64,000 bases of DNA from Bifidobacteriaceae bacterium (GTDB lineage Bacteria > Actinomycetota > Actinomycetes > Actinomycetales > WQXJ01). Under the pieces are notes generated by a model. It made no database searches. It had not been told where the DNA came from and saw only the letters and a list, made by a program, of their open reading frames with translations. The stretch covers positions 15,529-79,528 of the forward strand of contig JAIRXP010000027.1 in the NCBI GenBank assembly GCA_031268215.1, given 5' to 3'. A program made the position numbers and the translations under genes. This document shows positions 29,662 to 39,176 of the stretch, piece by piece (positions within the stretch are counted from its first letter, which is position 1; the number at the start of each line of letters is the position of its first letter).

Positions 29662-30576
29662 ATGTCATGGCCTAAACAGCACCCGGCCCGCCGGACCCTT
29701 TCGGGTAGGGTCGGTGAGGTGTCTAGCAGTTACCCGGCCATACTCCAGCGGTTCTGCCGTGTGATTGAAGATCTTGGGCAGGTGGCGGGCGCCGCGGTCA
29801 TCGGTTCGCGGGCCGTGGAGGACGCCGGCCAGATCCCCGACCAAGCGGCTGACCTGGATCTACTGGTGTTCACCGGCGGCCCCCAGGAGCTCCTGGCGGC
29901 CAACGTTTGGCTGGGGCCATTGGGCCGGATCTGGGCCAGCACGGTGGACCGGACAGTGCCTGGTTTGCCGGTCAAACGCTTGCTCCTGGACCATTCCGCT
30001 CAGGTTGACATCCTGATCCTGCCGGTTGACGCCGTGACCCGGGGTGAGCCGGCCGCTCGGGCGGTGCTGGCCGAGGCGGCCCGGCGGGGTTTCAGGTCCC
30101 TGAAGGAAGGCGGCCCCGTTTCAGACGGGCTGCGCGAACTAGCCAAAGAGGGGACCGCCGCGTTCCGAGCGCCGCCCTCCCAAGAGGAGTTCTCCCAGTT
30201 AGTGGCTAGATTCTGGATCGATTCGGTGCGGGCCAGCAAACGCTTGAACCGAGGAGAGGTCTGGGCGGCGAAGCGGATCATTGATGGGGCGATGAAGGAC
30301 GCTGTGGTCCGTCTTGAAGCTTGGATCCGGAAGGCCGTCAAGGGCCCCGAGTGGGACACCTTCTGGGATCGTCGGCATCTTGAGGAATGGGCCGGGGACC
30401 GCTTCCTGCGGGATCTGGTGGTCACCTCCGGGCCGGGCACCAGCCAAGGCGTGCGTCAAGACTTGTTTGAGACCATGGATCAGTTCCGTCTGCTGGCCAT
30501 TCAGGCGGGCGCCCGCTGGTCGCTGGATTACGCCGAGGCGGTGGATCGCAAGGCCACGGTCTGGGTGCGCACTTGA
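29662..30576 (+). CDS. Nucleotidyltransferase resembling aminoglycoside 6-adenylyltransferase (ANT(6)/AadK family)
   Basis: DLDLLVF nucleotidyltransferase motif. The C-terminal helical region FWIDSVRASKRLNRGEVWAAKRIIDGAMKDAVVRLEAW resembles the AadK segment FWMVSTYVVKGLARNEILFAIDHLNEIVRPNLLRMMAW as I recall it. The start is uncertain. Confidence 0.55.
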   Translation: MSWPKQHPARRTLSGRVGEVSSSYPAILQRFCRVIEDLGQVAGAAVIGSRAVEDAGQIPDQAADLDLLVFTGGPQELLAANVWLGPLGRIWASTVDRTVPGLPVKRLLLDHSAQVDILILPVDAVTRGEPAARAVLAEAARRGFRSLKEGGPVSDGLRELAKEGTAAFRAPPSQEEFSQLVARFWIDSVRASKRLNRGEVWAAKRIIDGAMKDAVVRLEAWIRKAVKGPEWDTFWDRRHLEEWAGDRFLRDLVVTSGPGTSQGVRQDLFETMDQFRLLAIQAGARWSLDYAEAVDRKATVWVRT

Positions 30577-30843
30577 CCGGCTTGGTTTCGGCCTAGAACG
30601 CCAAGGGCCCGGCCCGCGGTTTGGCGCAGTTTGACCTTCTGGTGCCCGATGCCGTTCGCCGCGGCTGGCGGTCAAAGATGCCCAGGAGGTCGGTGAAGAG
30701 CGGAAGGCCAGATCAGCCGGGGTAACCGGGGGCGTTCCAGGGCGCCCTGGCTCAAACAGCGAGACAGACCAGAGCGCCGCCGCGGTTCGGCGCGAGCACT
30801 GTCAGGCTGGTCCAATGGTGCCGAAACAGGTGGAGGAAGACCA

Positions 30844-31680
30844 ATGAAGAAATACGCGGCTCTGGCAACGCTGGCCTTGACGGTGCCCTTGGTGCTGGGG
30901 GCATGTGGGCAGAAGAATGATGCGGCGGGGCTGGGAACGGGCGGTTGGCTAATACTGCGGGTCGGGATGGAGGCGGCCTACGCGCCGTTCAATTGGACCC
31001 AGAAGGATGACGCGAATGGTGCGGTCAGGATTGACGGTGGCGGCTGGGCCGGCGGCTATGACGTACAGATGGCCAAACTGGTGGCGGAGAAGATTGGCCG
31101 CGAGGTGGTCGTGGTCAAGACCAATTGGGACGGTCTGATTCCGGCTCTGCAGTCAGGCAAGATCGACATGATCGTGGCTGGCATGACTCCCACTGCCGAC
31201 CGCCGGGAAGCGATCGAGTTCTCCGACCCCTATTACAACTCTGACGTCGTGATCGTGGTCAAGAAGGACTCTCCATGGGCCAACGCCGATTCGCTAGAAG
31301 GGTTCGAAGGCGCCAAGATCACTGGGCAGATCGCGACCGTCCACTACGACAAGTTCTTGGACCAGATTCCTAAGGTCAATAAGCAGACGGCCTTGCAAGA
31401 CTTCCCAACTATGATCCTGGCGGTCAAGTCCGGCAAGGTGGACGGTTATATCTCGGAACGGCCGGGAGCCTTGAGCGCCGTGGCCTCCAACCCTGACCTG
31501 ACGTTTGTTTCCTTCGCCGAGGGCAAGGGCTTCACAGTTGACGCGGCGGACACCTCCATAGCTATTGGCTTGAAGAAGGGCTCGGGGCTGCTCGGCGAGG
31601 TGAACGAGGCGCTCGGTTCCATTTCTGGCGAGAAGCGCCAGGAGCTTATGGAACTGGCGGTTAAAGACCAGCCCAAGTGA
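30844..31680 (+). CDS. Amino-acid ABC transporter substrate-binding lipoprotein (family 3)
   Basis: Lipobox LVLGAC, then the GYDVQMAK..., ALQSGKIDMIVAGMTPTADRREAIEFSDPYY signature. Confidence 0.9.
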   Translation: MKKYAALATLALTVPLVLGACGQKNDAAGLGTGGWLILRVGMEAAYAPFNWTQKDDANGAVRIDGGGWAGGYDVQMAKLVAEKIGREVVVVKTNWDGLIPALQSGKIDMIVAGMTPTADRREAIEFSDPYYNSDVVIVVKKDSPWANADSLEGFEGAKITGQIATVHYDKFLDQIPKVNKQTALQDFPTMILAVKSGKVDGYISERPGALSAVASNPDLTFVSFAEGKGFTVDAADTSIAIGLKKGSGLLGEVNEALGSISGEKRQELMELAVKDQPK

Positions 31681-32570
31681 ACATGACTGCCACCATCATG
31701 GCCTTGGGCGCCCAAGCGGCCGAGACCCGCCTGGGCTCACCGAGGCGCACCGCGATGGTGGCCGCTGGCGCCCCGGGGGGTAGGACCTTCTTCGACTGGA
31801 TTGTCTTGATTGTCCAGGATTACGGATCATGGCTGCTCAAAGGGGTTGGCGTAACTATGTTCCTGGCCTTGACCGGGACAATCATTGGGGTGGTCCTGGG
31901 GTTGGGTGTTGGCGTGGTGCGGACCATTCCCTCAGACCGGCCGAGTGCCCGGCTGCCCAAGAGGATCGCGCTGAAGGTCGCCAGCGCGGTGCTTGCGGTT
32001 TACGTTGAGGTCTTCCGTGGCACGCCAATGATGGTCCAGGCGATGGTTGTGTACTACGGCCTGGGCATGGCTTTCCAGATTAATCTGAACGTGGTGACGG
32101 CCGGCTTATTAGTCGTGTCGATCAACACTGGCGCCTACATGGCGGAGATTGTCAGAGGCGGGATCGAATCCGTTGACCCCGGCCAAACTGAAGCGGCCAA
32201 GGCCGTTGGCATGGGCCATTGGGCCACCATGAGAGGGATTATCCTGCCCCAGGCGATCCGGAACATTCTGCCGGCCACGGGCAACGAGTTTGTCATCAAC
32301 ATCAAGGACACATCGGTGCTGATGGTGATTGGCACGTCGGAGCTGTTCTTTCAAGGCAAGACCATCGACGGGATTCTGTACCAGACTTTCCCGGTCTACT
32401 TGTTGGTGGCGGCGATCTATCTGGTACTGACCTTCTCGACGACTCGTCTACTGCGGTTGTTGGAACGCCACTTAGACGGCCCGGAGAGCTTCACTTTGGC
32501 CACCTCCTCAACTGTTCCAGAGTCGATTCTGCTTCCGGGAGGTGACAACTATGGGCACCGGGGGCGCTAA
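31677..32570 (+). CDS. Amino-acid ABC transporter permease (His/Glu/Gln/Arg/opine family)
   Basis: [45 protein letters not shown] is the EAA-loop motif. Confidence 0.9.
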   Translation: MNMTATIMALGAQAAETRLGSPRRTAMVAAGAPGGRTFFDWIVLIVQDYGSWLLKGVGVTMFLALTGTIIGVVLGLGVGVVRTIPSDRPSARLPKRIALKVASAVLAVYVEVFRGTPMMVQAMVVYYGLGMAFQINLNVVTAGLLVVSINTGAYMAEIVRGGIESVDPGQTEAAKAVGMGHWATMRGIILPQAIRNILPATGNEFVINIKDTSVLMVIGTSELFFQGKTIDGILYQTFPVYLLVAAIYLVLTFSTTRLLRLLERHLDGPESFTLATSSTVPESILLPGGDNYGHRGR

Positions 32571-33303
32571 GGCGGTAGTAGAGACCCGCGACCTGCGTAA
32601 GTCGTTCGGGACCAACGAGATCCTCAAGGGGATTGACTTTCAGGTTCTGCCAGGTGAGGTCGTGTCGGTGATCGGGGCATCTGGTTCCGGTAAGTCAACG
32701 TTCTTGCGCTGTGTGAACCTGCTCGAATGGCCAAGCTCTGGGGAGATCCTGTACCACGGCCGGGACGTTCTGGAGCGCGGCTATGACATCAACCGCTTCC
32801 GCACCCATCTGGGCATGGTTTTCCAGCAGTTCAACCTCTTCAACAACTTGAATGTCCTAGACAACTGCGTGATTGGTCAGGTCAGGGCTTTGGGCGAAGC
32901 CAAGGCCGAAGCCCGCGAGCGGGCCATGGGTTACCTGGCCAAGGTCGGTATGGACCCGTACATTGACGCTAAGCCGCGCCAATTGTCCGGTGGGCAGAAG
33001 CAGCGCGTGGCGATAGCTCGGGCCTTGTCGATGGAACCAGAGGCACTGCTGTTCGACGAGCCGACCTCCGCCCTTGACCCAGAAATGGTCGGTGAAGTCC
33101 TAGCGGTCATGGGTGGGCTGGCCGAATCAGGCCTGACCATGGTGATTGTCACTCATGAGATGGCCTTCGCCCGCGATGTCTCCGGCCGGGTGGCCTTCAT
33201 GGACGGCGGTGTGATCGCGGAAGAGGGCAGCGCGGCGCAAGTCTTCGCCAATCCCAACAAGGAACGCACCAAGGAATTCTTGGCTCGGTTCCATGCCGGC
33301 TGA
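32551..33303 (+). CDS. Amino-acid ABC transporter ATP-binding protein (GlnQ-like)
   Basis: [24 protein letters not shown] and [19 protein letters not shown] lies 9 nt before the ATG at 32551. Confidence 0.92.
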   Translation: MGTGGAKAVVETRDLRKSFGTNEILKGIDFQVLPGEVVSVIGASGSGKSTFLRCVNLLEWPSSGEILYHGRDVLERGYDINRFRTHLGMVFQQFNLFNNLNVLDNCVIGQVRALGEAKAEARERAMGYLAKVGMDPYIDAKPRQLSGGQKQRVAIARALSMEPEALLFDEPTSALDPEMVGEVLAVMGGLAESGLTMVIVTHEMAFARDVSGRVAFMDGGVIAEEGSAAQVFANPNKERTKEFLARFHAG

Positions 33304-33397
33304 ACCCGCTCAAGACAGGCGGCCAGGCGGGTTAGCGGAGGGCCAGCGTCCACCGGCTAAGCTTGTCTGGATTCGCCCTGCAACGAAGGAGCGCAAA

Positions 33398-34993
33398 ATG
33401 TCCACCATCTCCGCGGACGCCGCTGTTTACCGGATTGATCCGGGGTGGCGGGAACTGGCCGGCCAGGTTACCCGGCTTGGGCCCCGTCCAATGCGCACCA
33501 TTCGGGGGCCGGTGGACGGCGCTGAGCTTGGCGAAGTACCAATCTGCACGCCTGAAGATGTGGCGGAGGCGGCCCGCCGGTCCCGGACGGGCGGTGAGCG
33601 TTGGGCGGCGTGGCCTTTGGGCCGGCGGGCCGGCGTAGTAGAACGGTTCAAGGACCTCCTGGTGGAATCCCGGGACGGGATCCTGGACCTGGTGCATGCC
33701 GAAAACGGCAAGTCGCGGACGGGCGCCTTTGAAGAGTTTCTGGACGCGGTGCTGACGGCGGGATACTACGCGGCGAAGGCTCCCAAAGTGCTCAGACGGC
33801 ATCGGCGGCGGGGCGCTTTACCTGTGCTGACCAGCACCTACGTCCATTACGTGGCTAAAGGCGTGGTCGGTATCATCTCGCCCTGGAACTACCCGCTAAC
33901 GTTGGCGGTCTCTGACGCTATCCCGGCCTTGCTGGCCGGCAACGGCGTAATCCTCAAGCCGGATTCGCTGACTCCGCTGACAGCCCTTTACTTGACCGCG
34001 TTGCTGCGCCAGGCCGGGCTACCCAAGGACGTAATGCAGGTCGTGACTGGGCCGGGTGCCAAATTGGGCACCCCGCTGATCGATGGCTCGGATTACTTGA
34101 TGTTCACTGGATCGACCGCCGTTGGCCGCCAGGTGGCCGCCCAATGCGGCGAACGGCTGATCGGCTGCAGTGCGGAGTTGGGCGGGAAGAACGCTCTGGT
34201 GGTGCTGGGCGACGCCCCAATGGCGCGGACCGTTGAAGGCGCCGTCCAGGCCTGCTTCGCCAACAGCGGCCAGCTTTGTGTCTCGGTTGAACGAATTTAC
34301 GTGATGCGTCCCCTGTTTGAGGCATTCGCTGGTGCTTTCGCCGCCCGGACCGCCGCCCTGAACCTGGGAGGGGGCGGCGGCTGGGAGGTCGACTTGGGGC
34401 CTTTGATCAGCCAGCCGCAGTTGGACAAAGTTACAGCACACGTGGACGATGCCGTCTCGAAGGGCGCTACCGTCTTGACTGGCGGCAAGGCCCGCCCGGA
34501 CTTGGGCGCCCTGTTCTATGAGCCGACAGTCCTGACCGGCGTGACCGATTCGATGACGGTGGCCCGGGCCGAGACTTTTGGCCCCGTGGTGTCGCTTTAC
34601 CCGGTCGATTCAGATGACGAAGCGGTGGCGGCCGTCAACGACGACCACTATGGTCTCAACGCGTCGGTTTGGACTTCGTCGCCAGCCCACGGGCGGCTGG
34701 TCGGTGAGCGGCTGAGGGTCGGCACCATCAACATCAACGAAGGTTACGCCGCCGCTTGGGGGTCAACCGATGCGCCCATGGGTGGGTTCGGGGACTCGGG
34801 TCTGGGACGGCGCCACGGCGCTGAGGGATTGGTCAAATACACTGAGCCGCAGACGGTGGCTACTGAGCGGTTGCTCGCGATTGGGCCGCCGCCGTGGTTG
34901 TCCCGGGAAGCTTACGCCGCCGGCATGACCGTCGGATCAAGGTGGCTGCACACCACCGTGGCGGAACTGATCAGAAAGGTAACCGCGTCATGA
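33398..34993 (+). CDS. NAD(P)-dependent aldehyde dehydrogenase (succinate-semialdehyde dehydrogenase-like)
   Basis: SPWNYP, ELGGKNALVV and the catalytic Cys context FANSGQLCVSVERIYV. GAAGGA precedes the ATG at 33398. Confidence 0.85.
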   Translation: MSTISADAAVYRIDPGWRELAGQVTRLGPRPMRTIRGPVDGAELGEVPICTPEDVAEAARRSRTGGERWAAWPLGRRAGVVERFKDLLVESRDGILDLVHAENGKSRTGAFEEFLDAVLTAGYYAAKAPKVLRRHRRRGALPVLTSTYVHYVAKGVVGIISPWNYPLTLAVSDAIPALLAGNGVILKPDSLTPLTALYLTALLRQAGLPKDVMQVVTGPGAKLGTPLIDGSDYLMFTGSTAVGRQVAAQCGERLIGCSAELGGKNALVVLGDAPMARTVEGAVQACFANSGQLCVSVERIYVMRPLFEAFAGAFAARTAALNLGGGGGWEVDLGPLISQPQLDKVTAHVDDAVSKGATVLTGGKARPDLGALFYEPTVLTGVTDSMTVARAETFGPVVSLYPVDSDDEAVAAVNDDHYGLNASVWTSSPAHGRLVGERLRVGTININEGYAAAWGSTDAPMGGFGDSGLGRRHGAEGLVKYTEPQTVATERLLAIGPPPWLSREAYAAGMTVGSRWLHTTVAELIRKVTAS

Positions 34994-35820
34994 AGAATTA
35001 CCGTCAGCAAGGGTTAGCCCTGGAAGGGGCCCGGGTCGTCATCACTGGTGGCGGCAGCGGGATCGGGCGCCGGATGGCGATTGGTGCTGGGCGCAAGGGT
35101 TCCGCCGTTGTCATCTGGGACCTTGACCGGGAGCGGGCAGAATCCGTCCGTGAGGAGATCGTCGCGGAAGGCGGCCGTGCCGTCGCCTTTGGCGTTGACG
35201 TGTCTGACCGCGCGGCGGTTCTGGCGGCGGCCGGGGCCACTGGACCGGCGGATGTCGTAATCAACAACGCCGGCGTGGTGTCTGGCCGTCCGCTCCTGGA
35301 CGATCCACCAGAATCGGTTGACCGGACCCTGGACGTGAATCTGCGGTCATTGTTCTGGGTGACGCAAGCGTTCTTGGGCGGGATGATCGAACGGCGGACC
35401 GGCTATGTGGTGACCGTGGCTTCCGCCGCTGGCCTGGTCGCCGGCTCGAAGATGGCGGACTACGCCGCCTCTAAGGCGGGCGCGATCGCCTTCAACGAGG
35501 CACTGCGTAACGAGATGCGTGAAGCCGGCGCCGGAGTGGCCACCATGGTGGTCTGCCCGTTCTACATCGACACCGGGATGTTCCAGGGTGTCAAGAGCCG
35601 TTACCCGTTGTTGCTGCCCATTCTTGAGCCGCGTCAAGTGGCGGGTGCCATCTTGCGGGGAATTGAGAAGGGCTCTAAGCAGATCATCATGCCGCCCTTG
35701 GTTCGTTCCGTCCCGCTGTTGCGCCTCTTGCCCGTCGGCGCGTTCGATTGGGTGGCGGATCAACTGGGCATCAATGAGTCAATGGAGGACTTCGCCGGCC
35801 GCCAAGGCGACCGCCTGTAA
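34990..35820 (+). CDS. SDR-family oxidoreductase
   Basis: TGGGSGIGR, NNAG and YAASKAG motifs. ATGA overlap with the aldehyde dehydrogenase. Confidence 0.88.
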   Translation: MKNYRQQGLALEGARVVITGGGSGIGRRMAIGAGRKGSAVVIWDLDRERAESVREEIVAEGGRAVAFGVDVSDRAAVLAAAGATGPADVVINNAGVVSGRPLLDDPPESVDRTLDVNLRSLFWVTQAFLGGMIERRTGYVVTVASAAGLVAGSKMADYAASKAGAIAFNEALRNEMREAGAGVATMVVCPFYIDTGMFQGVKSRYPLLLPILEPRQVAGAILRGIEKGSKQIIMPPLVRSVPLLRLLPVGAFDWVADQLGINESMEDFAGRQGDRL

Positions 35821-35885
35821 CCGCCGTCGGCCGGGATTTCTGGTTCGGGACGCTGCCGGCCGCCCGCAGGACGGCCCGCCGGGTA

Positions 35886-37202
35886 TCAGCCTGCGGATGG
35901 GGCCGCGGGCCCGGGATCCGGTCCGTCGCTTGGGCTCGGGTCAGGGGCAGCGCTCGCCCTGCCGCCAGCGCCCTCACCTGGGCCACTGGGGCAGCTATCC
36001 ATACTGCGGTCCGGGTAATCAACCAAATCCTGGTGGTCGGTCTCGGTTTGGCCGGCGGCAGCGGACCGAATCATCACGGTGGCGGTGAGGCCGGCCGCGA
36101 CGAGGGCGCTAGCGCCCACTGGTCCGACCGGGCCAAGCGGTGACAAGCCCAGGAAAGGCGCGGCCACCAGGGCTATCAGCGCGGTGGCGACCGCCCGCCA
36201 GCCTTGCCAAGACCGGCGGGCCCAGGCCTGGAGGCCCCACAGGCCCACTATGAACAAGGCGGTTGGCCCGCAGACAAGATAACCGACCGTCACTGCGGTG
36301 ACGGGCAGGGTATTGACGTGCGAGGCCTGGACCGCCAGGTCCAGGCCGGCCCCCAGGACGGCTAGAGCCAGGAAGACCGAGGCGTGTCCGTAGCCCCAGG
36401 CGAACGCTAAATCGCGGTGCTCAGTCAGGTCTTGGGCCATGGGTGAGATGAAATACAGCCACCACAGGGCGAACAGCAAGACCAGACTGGCGGCGGAAAC
36501 GCCGCTCAGCTCGGGAGTAAGCCCCGCCGAGTCGAGTTCCACCTGCACGCCGGCCACTGCCACGGCGACCAATTCCCCCAGCAGAATGAGGGTAAACAGC
36601 CCGTACCGTTCGGCGATGTGGTGGGGATGCCAACGGGTCTGGCTCGATTGTTCCGCCACCGCCGGTACCGCTAGTTCGGCCAAGGCCAGCACGGCAAAGG
36701 AGGCCATGGTCCAGGCTAATGTGTGCGGTATGGCCAGACGGATCAGCCAACCAGCTTGCACCATGGCGATCCCAACCGCGTAGCGACGGGTTGTTGTGCG
36801 TCTGTCTGGATCGCCGCGACCGGCCCGGACCCATTGCCCAATCTGGGCGATCCGCATGACCACGTAGCCAATCGTTCCGGCTGTCCAATCCAGGTGGGCG
36901 AAAGCCCGGACCAGTCCGGCGGCCAGGATTAGGACACCCACCATTTGGGCCATGACCATCAAGCGGTACGGGCCATCATCGACATCGTAAGAAGAGGCGA
37001 ACCAGGTGAAGTTCATCCAGGCCCACCAGATAGCGAAAGACACCATGGCGAAGCTGAGTAGTGAGCGGGCGGTGAGCCCTTGGGCCAGGCCATCTGCCAG
37101 TTGTTTGACGGCGCTGCCCACGGCCACCACGAAGACCAGGTCGAATAGAAGCTCCAGCGGGGTGGAGGCGCGTCCCGCCTCATGGATTGGGCGCGGCTTC
37201 AT
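35886..37202 (-). CDS. Low-temperature-requirement A (LtrA) family membrane protein
   Basis: The N-terminal motif ASTPLELLFDLVFVVAV typifies LtrA, and the body is polytopic. The Met at 37202 is preferred because the longer ORF (to 37313) would run through an 11-bp hairpin at 37267-37294. Confidence 0.75.
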   Translation of the reverse strand: MKPRPIHEAGRASTPLELLFDLVFVVAVGSAVKQLADGLAQGLTARSLLSFAMVSFAIWWAWMNFTWFASSYDVDDGPYRLMVMAQMVGVLILAAGLVRAFAHLDWTAGTIGYVVMRIAQIGQWVRAGRGDPDRRTTTRRYAVGIAMVQAGWLIRLAIPHTLAWTMASFAVLALAELAVPAVAEQSSQTRWHPHHIAERYGLFTLILLGELVAVAVAGVQVELDSAGLTPELSGVSAASLVLLFALWWLYFISPMAQDLTEHRDLAFAWGYGHASVFLALAVLGAGLDLAVQASHVNTLPVTAVTVGYLVCGPTALFIVGLWGLQAWARRSWQGWRAVATALIALVAAPFLGLSPLGPVGPVGASALVAAGLTATVMIRSAAAGQTETDHQDLVDYPDRSMDSCPSGPGEGAGGRASAAPDPSPSDGPDPGPAAPSAG

Positions 37203-37317
37203 TGGCCGGAACCAACGGAATCTTGGGAGTGGCGCGGCGGCGTTGGACACGCCGTCAACTCTGGCACAGCCGTGCCGCTGAGACGGCATGGGCTGTCTTT
37301 GCCCAGATGACAAGACT

Positions 37318-37342
37318 GGACGCCGGTTCTTGACCGGCGTCC
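37318..37342. repeat. Perfect hairpin GGACGCCGGT-tcttg-ACCGGCGTCC; 21-nt core identical to 9035-9055
   Basis: Read directly from the sequence. Confidence 0.9.
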
Positions 37343-37533
37343 TAACGGCTTGGAGTCCCGATGACCCGGCTAACAGCTACCGGGGTTCGCCCCGGGCGCG
37401 GCTGGGAACAAGATGCCAAAATGAACGACCGGTCTGCCCGGCCGCCGCGTCCGCGCCTGGCGAAGTGAGGCGCCGGCGCACCAGCCGGACCAACCCGGTT
37501 CATTGGAAGATAGCACCGGAATGTGACACAGGT

Positions 37534-37572
37534 CACATCAGGAGCGTGGTGAATAACCACGCTCCTGATGTG
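37534..37572. repeat. Perfect 17-bp inverted repeat CACATCAGGAGCGTGGT-gaata-ACCACGCTCCTGATGTG
   Basis: Read directly from the sequence. It causes mirror-image ORF artefacts on both strands (IRSVVNNHAPDV and IRSVVIHHAPDV). Confidence 0.9.
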
Positions 37573-37951
37573 TCGCACACGGTCAGCGGAACGCTGACCA
37601 GCGAAGACGCGGATAGCAAGCAGAGTTTGAAGCCTAAGACGCCGGCTTTTCACCGGCGGCTTAGGTGTGGGTGATAACGCTGATTGGCTGAAAGATGGTC
37701 AAGGGCCCGGCGGAGCGGTCAGCACTGACCGCCCACCGGGCCGAGCCGACCCTCACGGCCATGAAGCGGTCACCGGATGGGCGGACACCCGGCGGCGCCG
37801 AAGTCGGCAGCGAGGCGAGGGACAACCCCTGTTGGAGCCAGCGGTTCAGGGAAAGGCGGAAACCTGCCCCGTCCGGCGCCGTGCTGGGTGTCGGCTCATA
37901 TCCAGTTGTATTCGGGGTCCGGACAGCTCGCGCTGCCAGGCCCAAGCCTCC

Positions 37952-38488
37952 TTAGTGGGGGTGGTGACGCCAGCTAGTGCAAGGACCGGAAGCATCGCAG
38001 AAGGGGCTGTTGGCGGTTGAGCCGCAACGGCACAGGGCCGCCCGCGTTTCCGGAACATCAATCCCATTGTCCGTGATCGCGACAGCACCTTCAACCCAGA
38101 GGGGTTCACCGTCCGCGGTACGGACAGTCACGGGGACGTGCCCCTGTTCGCTCTGGCGGACGGGGTCGGTGTATTCATAGTGCAGGGCGCCAGATGGGCA
38201 GCGGCGGATGGTCTGCGCGATCTGGTCTGGGTCGCCGGCATCCGGCAATACCCACGGTCGGCGTTTGAGGTCAAAGACCGCCGGGACTGAGCGCAGGCAG
38301 ACCCCAACGTGCAGGCAGCGCGCCAAGTCAAAGGTGACGGTGATGTCATCGCCGTAGTACTCCTTGGGATGGGCGGGACGCGAGGCTGGACTCGGGGCGG
38401 GACCGGCGGTCGCGGGCGCGGCAGGCCGCGGGGCGCCGCCGGCCGAGCCGGTTTCTGACTGGCTCTTGGCGGGCTGGGAGGTAGTCAT
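37952..38488 (-). CDS. Iron-sulfur protein: divergent 4Fe-4S mono-cluster-like domain plus variant CDGSH-type motif
   Basis: CLHVGVC...RRCPSGAL, and C-terminal CRCGSTANSPFCDASGPC, which follows the CDGSH pattern C-x-C-x2-(S/T)-x3-P-x-C-D but lacks the G-(S/A/T)-H. Confidence 0.6.
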   Translation of the reverse strand: MTTSQPAKSQSETGSAGGAPRPAAPATAGPAPSPASRPAHPKEYYGDDITVTFDLARCLHVGVCLRSVPAVFDLKRRPWVLPDAGDPDQIAQTIRRCPSGALHYEYTDPVRQSEQGHVPVTVRTADGEPLWVEGAVAITDNGIDVPETRAALCRCGSTANSPFCDASGPCTSWRHHPH

Positions 38489-38844
38489 TCGAGGGAACCC
38501 TTTCTGGCGGCATCGGGCAAGGTCAGGGGAAGGCCAAAGGCCGGGCGGCGCTCTGGCGGAACCAGGTCCTGGTACTGAGGATGGGTTTCGACGTAATGCC
38601 GTACGAATGAGCAGTACGGCAAGACCGCCAGGCCTTTGCTGCGGGCATCATCCAAGGCGGCGGAAACCAGCACCTGGCCCAGTCCCTGCCCGGAAACCTC
38701 CGGGGCGATTTCGGTATGAACAAAGGCGATCTGACCGGGGCGCTCCTGGTACTGCGCCAGGCCGATCACCGCGCCATCGGCGACCAGTTCATACTGGGCG
38801 GCCGCGGCGTTGTTACGGACGGTCATCCGCGGGCTGTTGGCCAT
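38485..38844 (-). CDS. GNAT-family N-acetyltransferase (small YjdJ-like type)
   Basis: FVHTEIAPEVSGQGLGQVLVSAALDDARSKGLAVLPYCSFV. GGGAGGAA lies 6 nt before the ATG at 38844, and the gene has a 4-nt overlap with the downstream Fe-S gene. Confidence 0.75.
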   Translation of the reverse strand: MANSPRMTVRNNAAAAQYELVADGAVIGLAQYQERPGQIAFVHTEIAPEVSGQGLGQVLVSAALDDARSKGLAVLPYCSFVRHYVETHPQYQDLVPPERRPAFGLPLTLPDAARKGSLE

Positions 38845-39080
38845 CGGTTCCTCCCGGGTCTTGGTTGGTCGGCTACGGTCCAACTTTCTCCTGTGGCGGA
38901 CAGATGTCAAACCGGATTAGCGACCGGCTTATGCTTTGGACGGCGAGACAGCGTCGGGGACCGCTAACATCGACTTGACGGCAGTCGAGCGTGCAAGTAT
39001 AGGGCGTCCGCCCGCTGAAGTACTGATCTTGAATGAGACCTCCGGTAAAGGTCATGAAAGGTGTGTAGTCGATGGAGCCC

Positions 39081-39176
39081 ATGAGTGTTGACCAGATTGT
39101 GGCGTGGCTCAAACTGAACCCGCAGCTGAGGGTCGCGGAGTGCCTAGCGGCGTGGACCCATGGGGACCTGCGGTGA
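39081..39176 (+). CDS. Candidate 31-codon upstream ORF (MSVDQIVAWLKLNPQLRVAECLAAWTHGDLR) coupled to the next gene
   Basis: Own translation. GGAG lies 3 nt before the ATG (short spacing). The stop TGA (39174-39176) overlaps the GTG (39173-39175) that begins VSDSVLPHVAF. It could equally be a frameshifted N-terminus of the next gene or non-coding. Confidence 0.25.
   Translation: MSVDQIVAWLKLNPQLRVAECLAAWTHGDLR

Noticed and set aside
37203-37951. RNase P RNA, tmRNA, SRP RNA or a cobalamin/TPP riboswitch in the hairpin-rich gap.
   Set aside because: - I looked on both strands for GAGGAAAGTCCGG / ACAGAACCCGGC (RNase P), the GGGG...TCCACCA ends (tmRNA), the B12 box with GCCACTG, and the CTGAGA...ACCTGATCTGGATAATGCCAGCG core of TPP.
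- None is present. An AGGGAAAGGCGGAAACC string only superficially resembles the cobalamin core, and on that strand no gene lies downstream.
- The region is left as unassigned.
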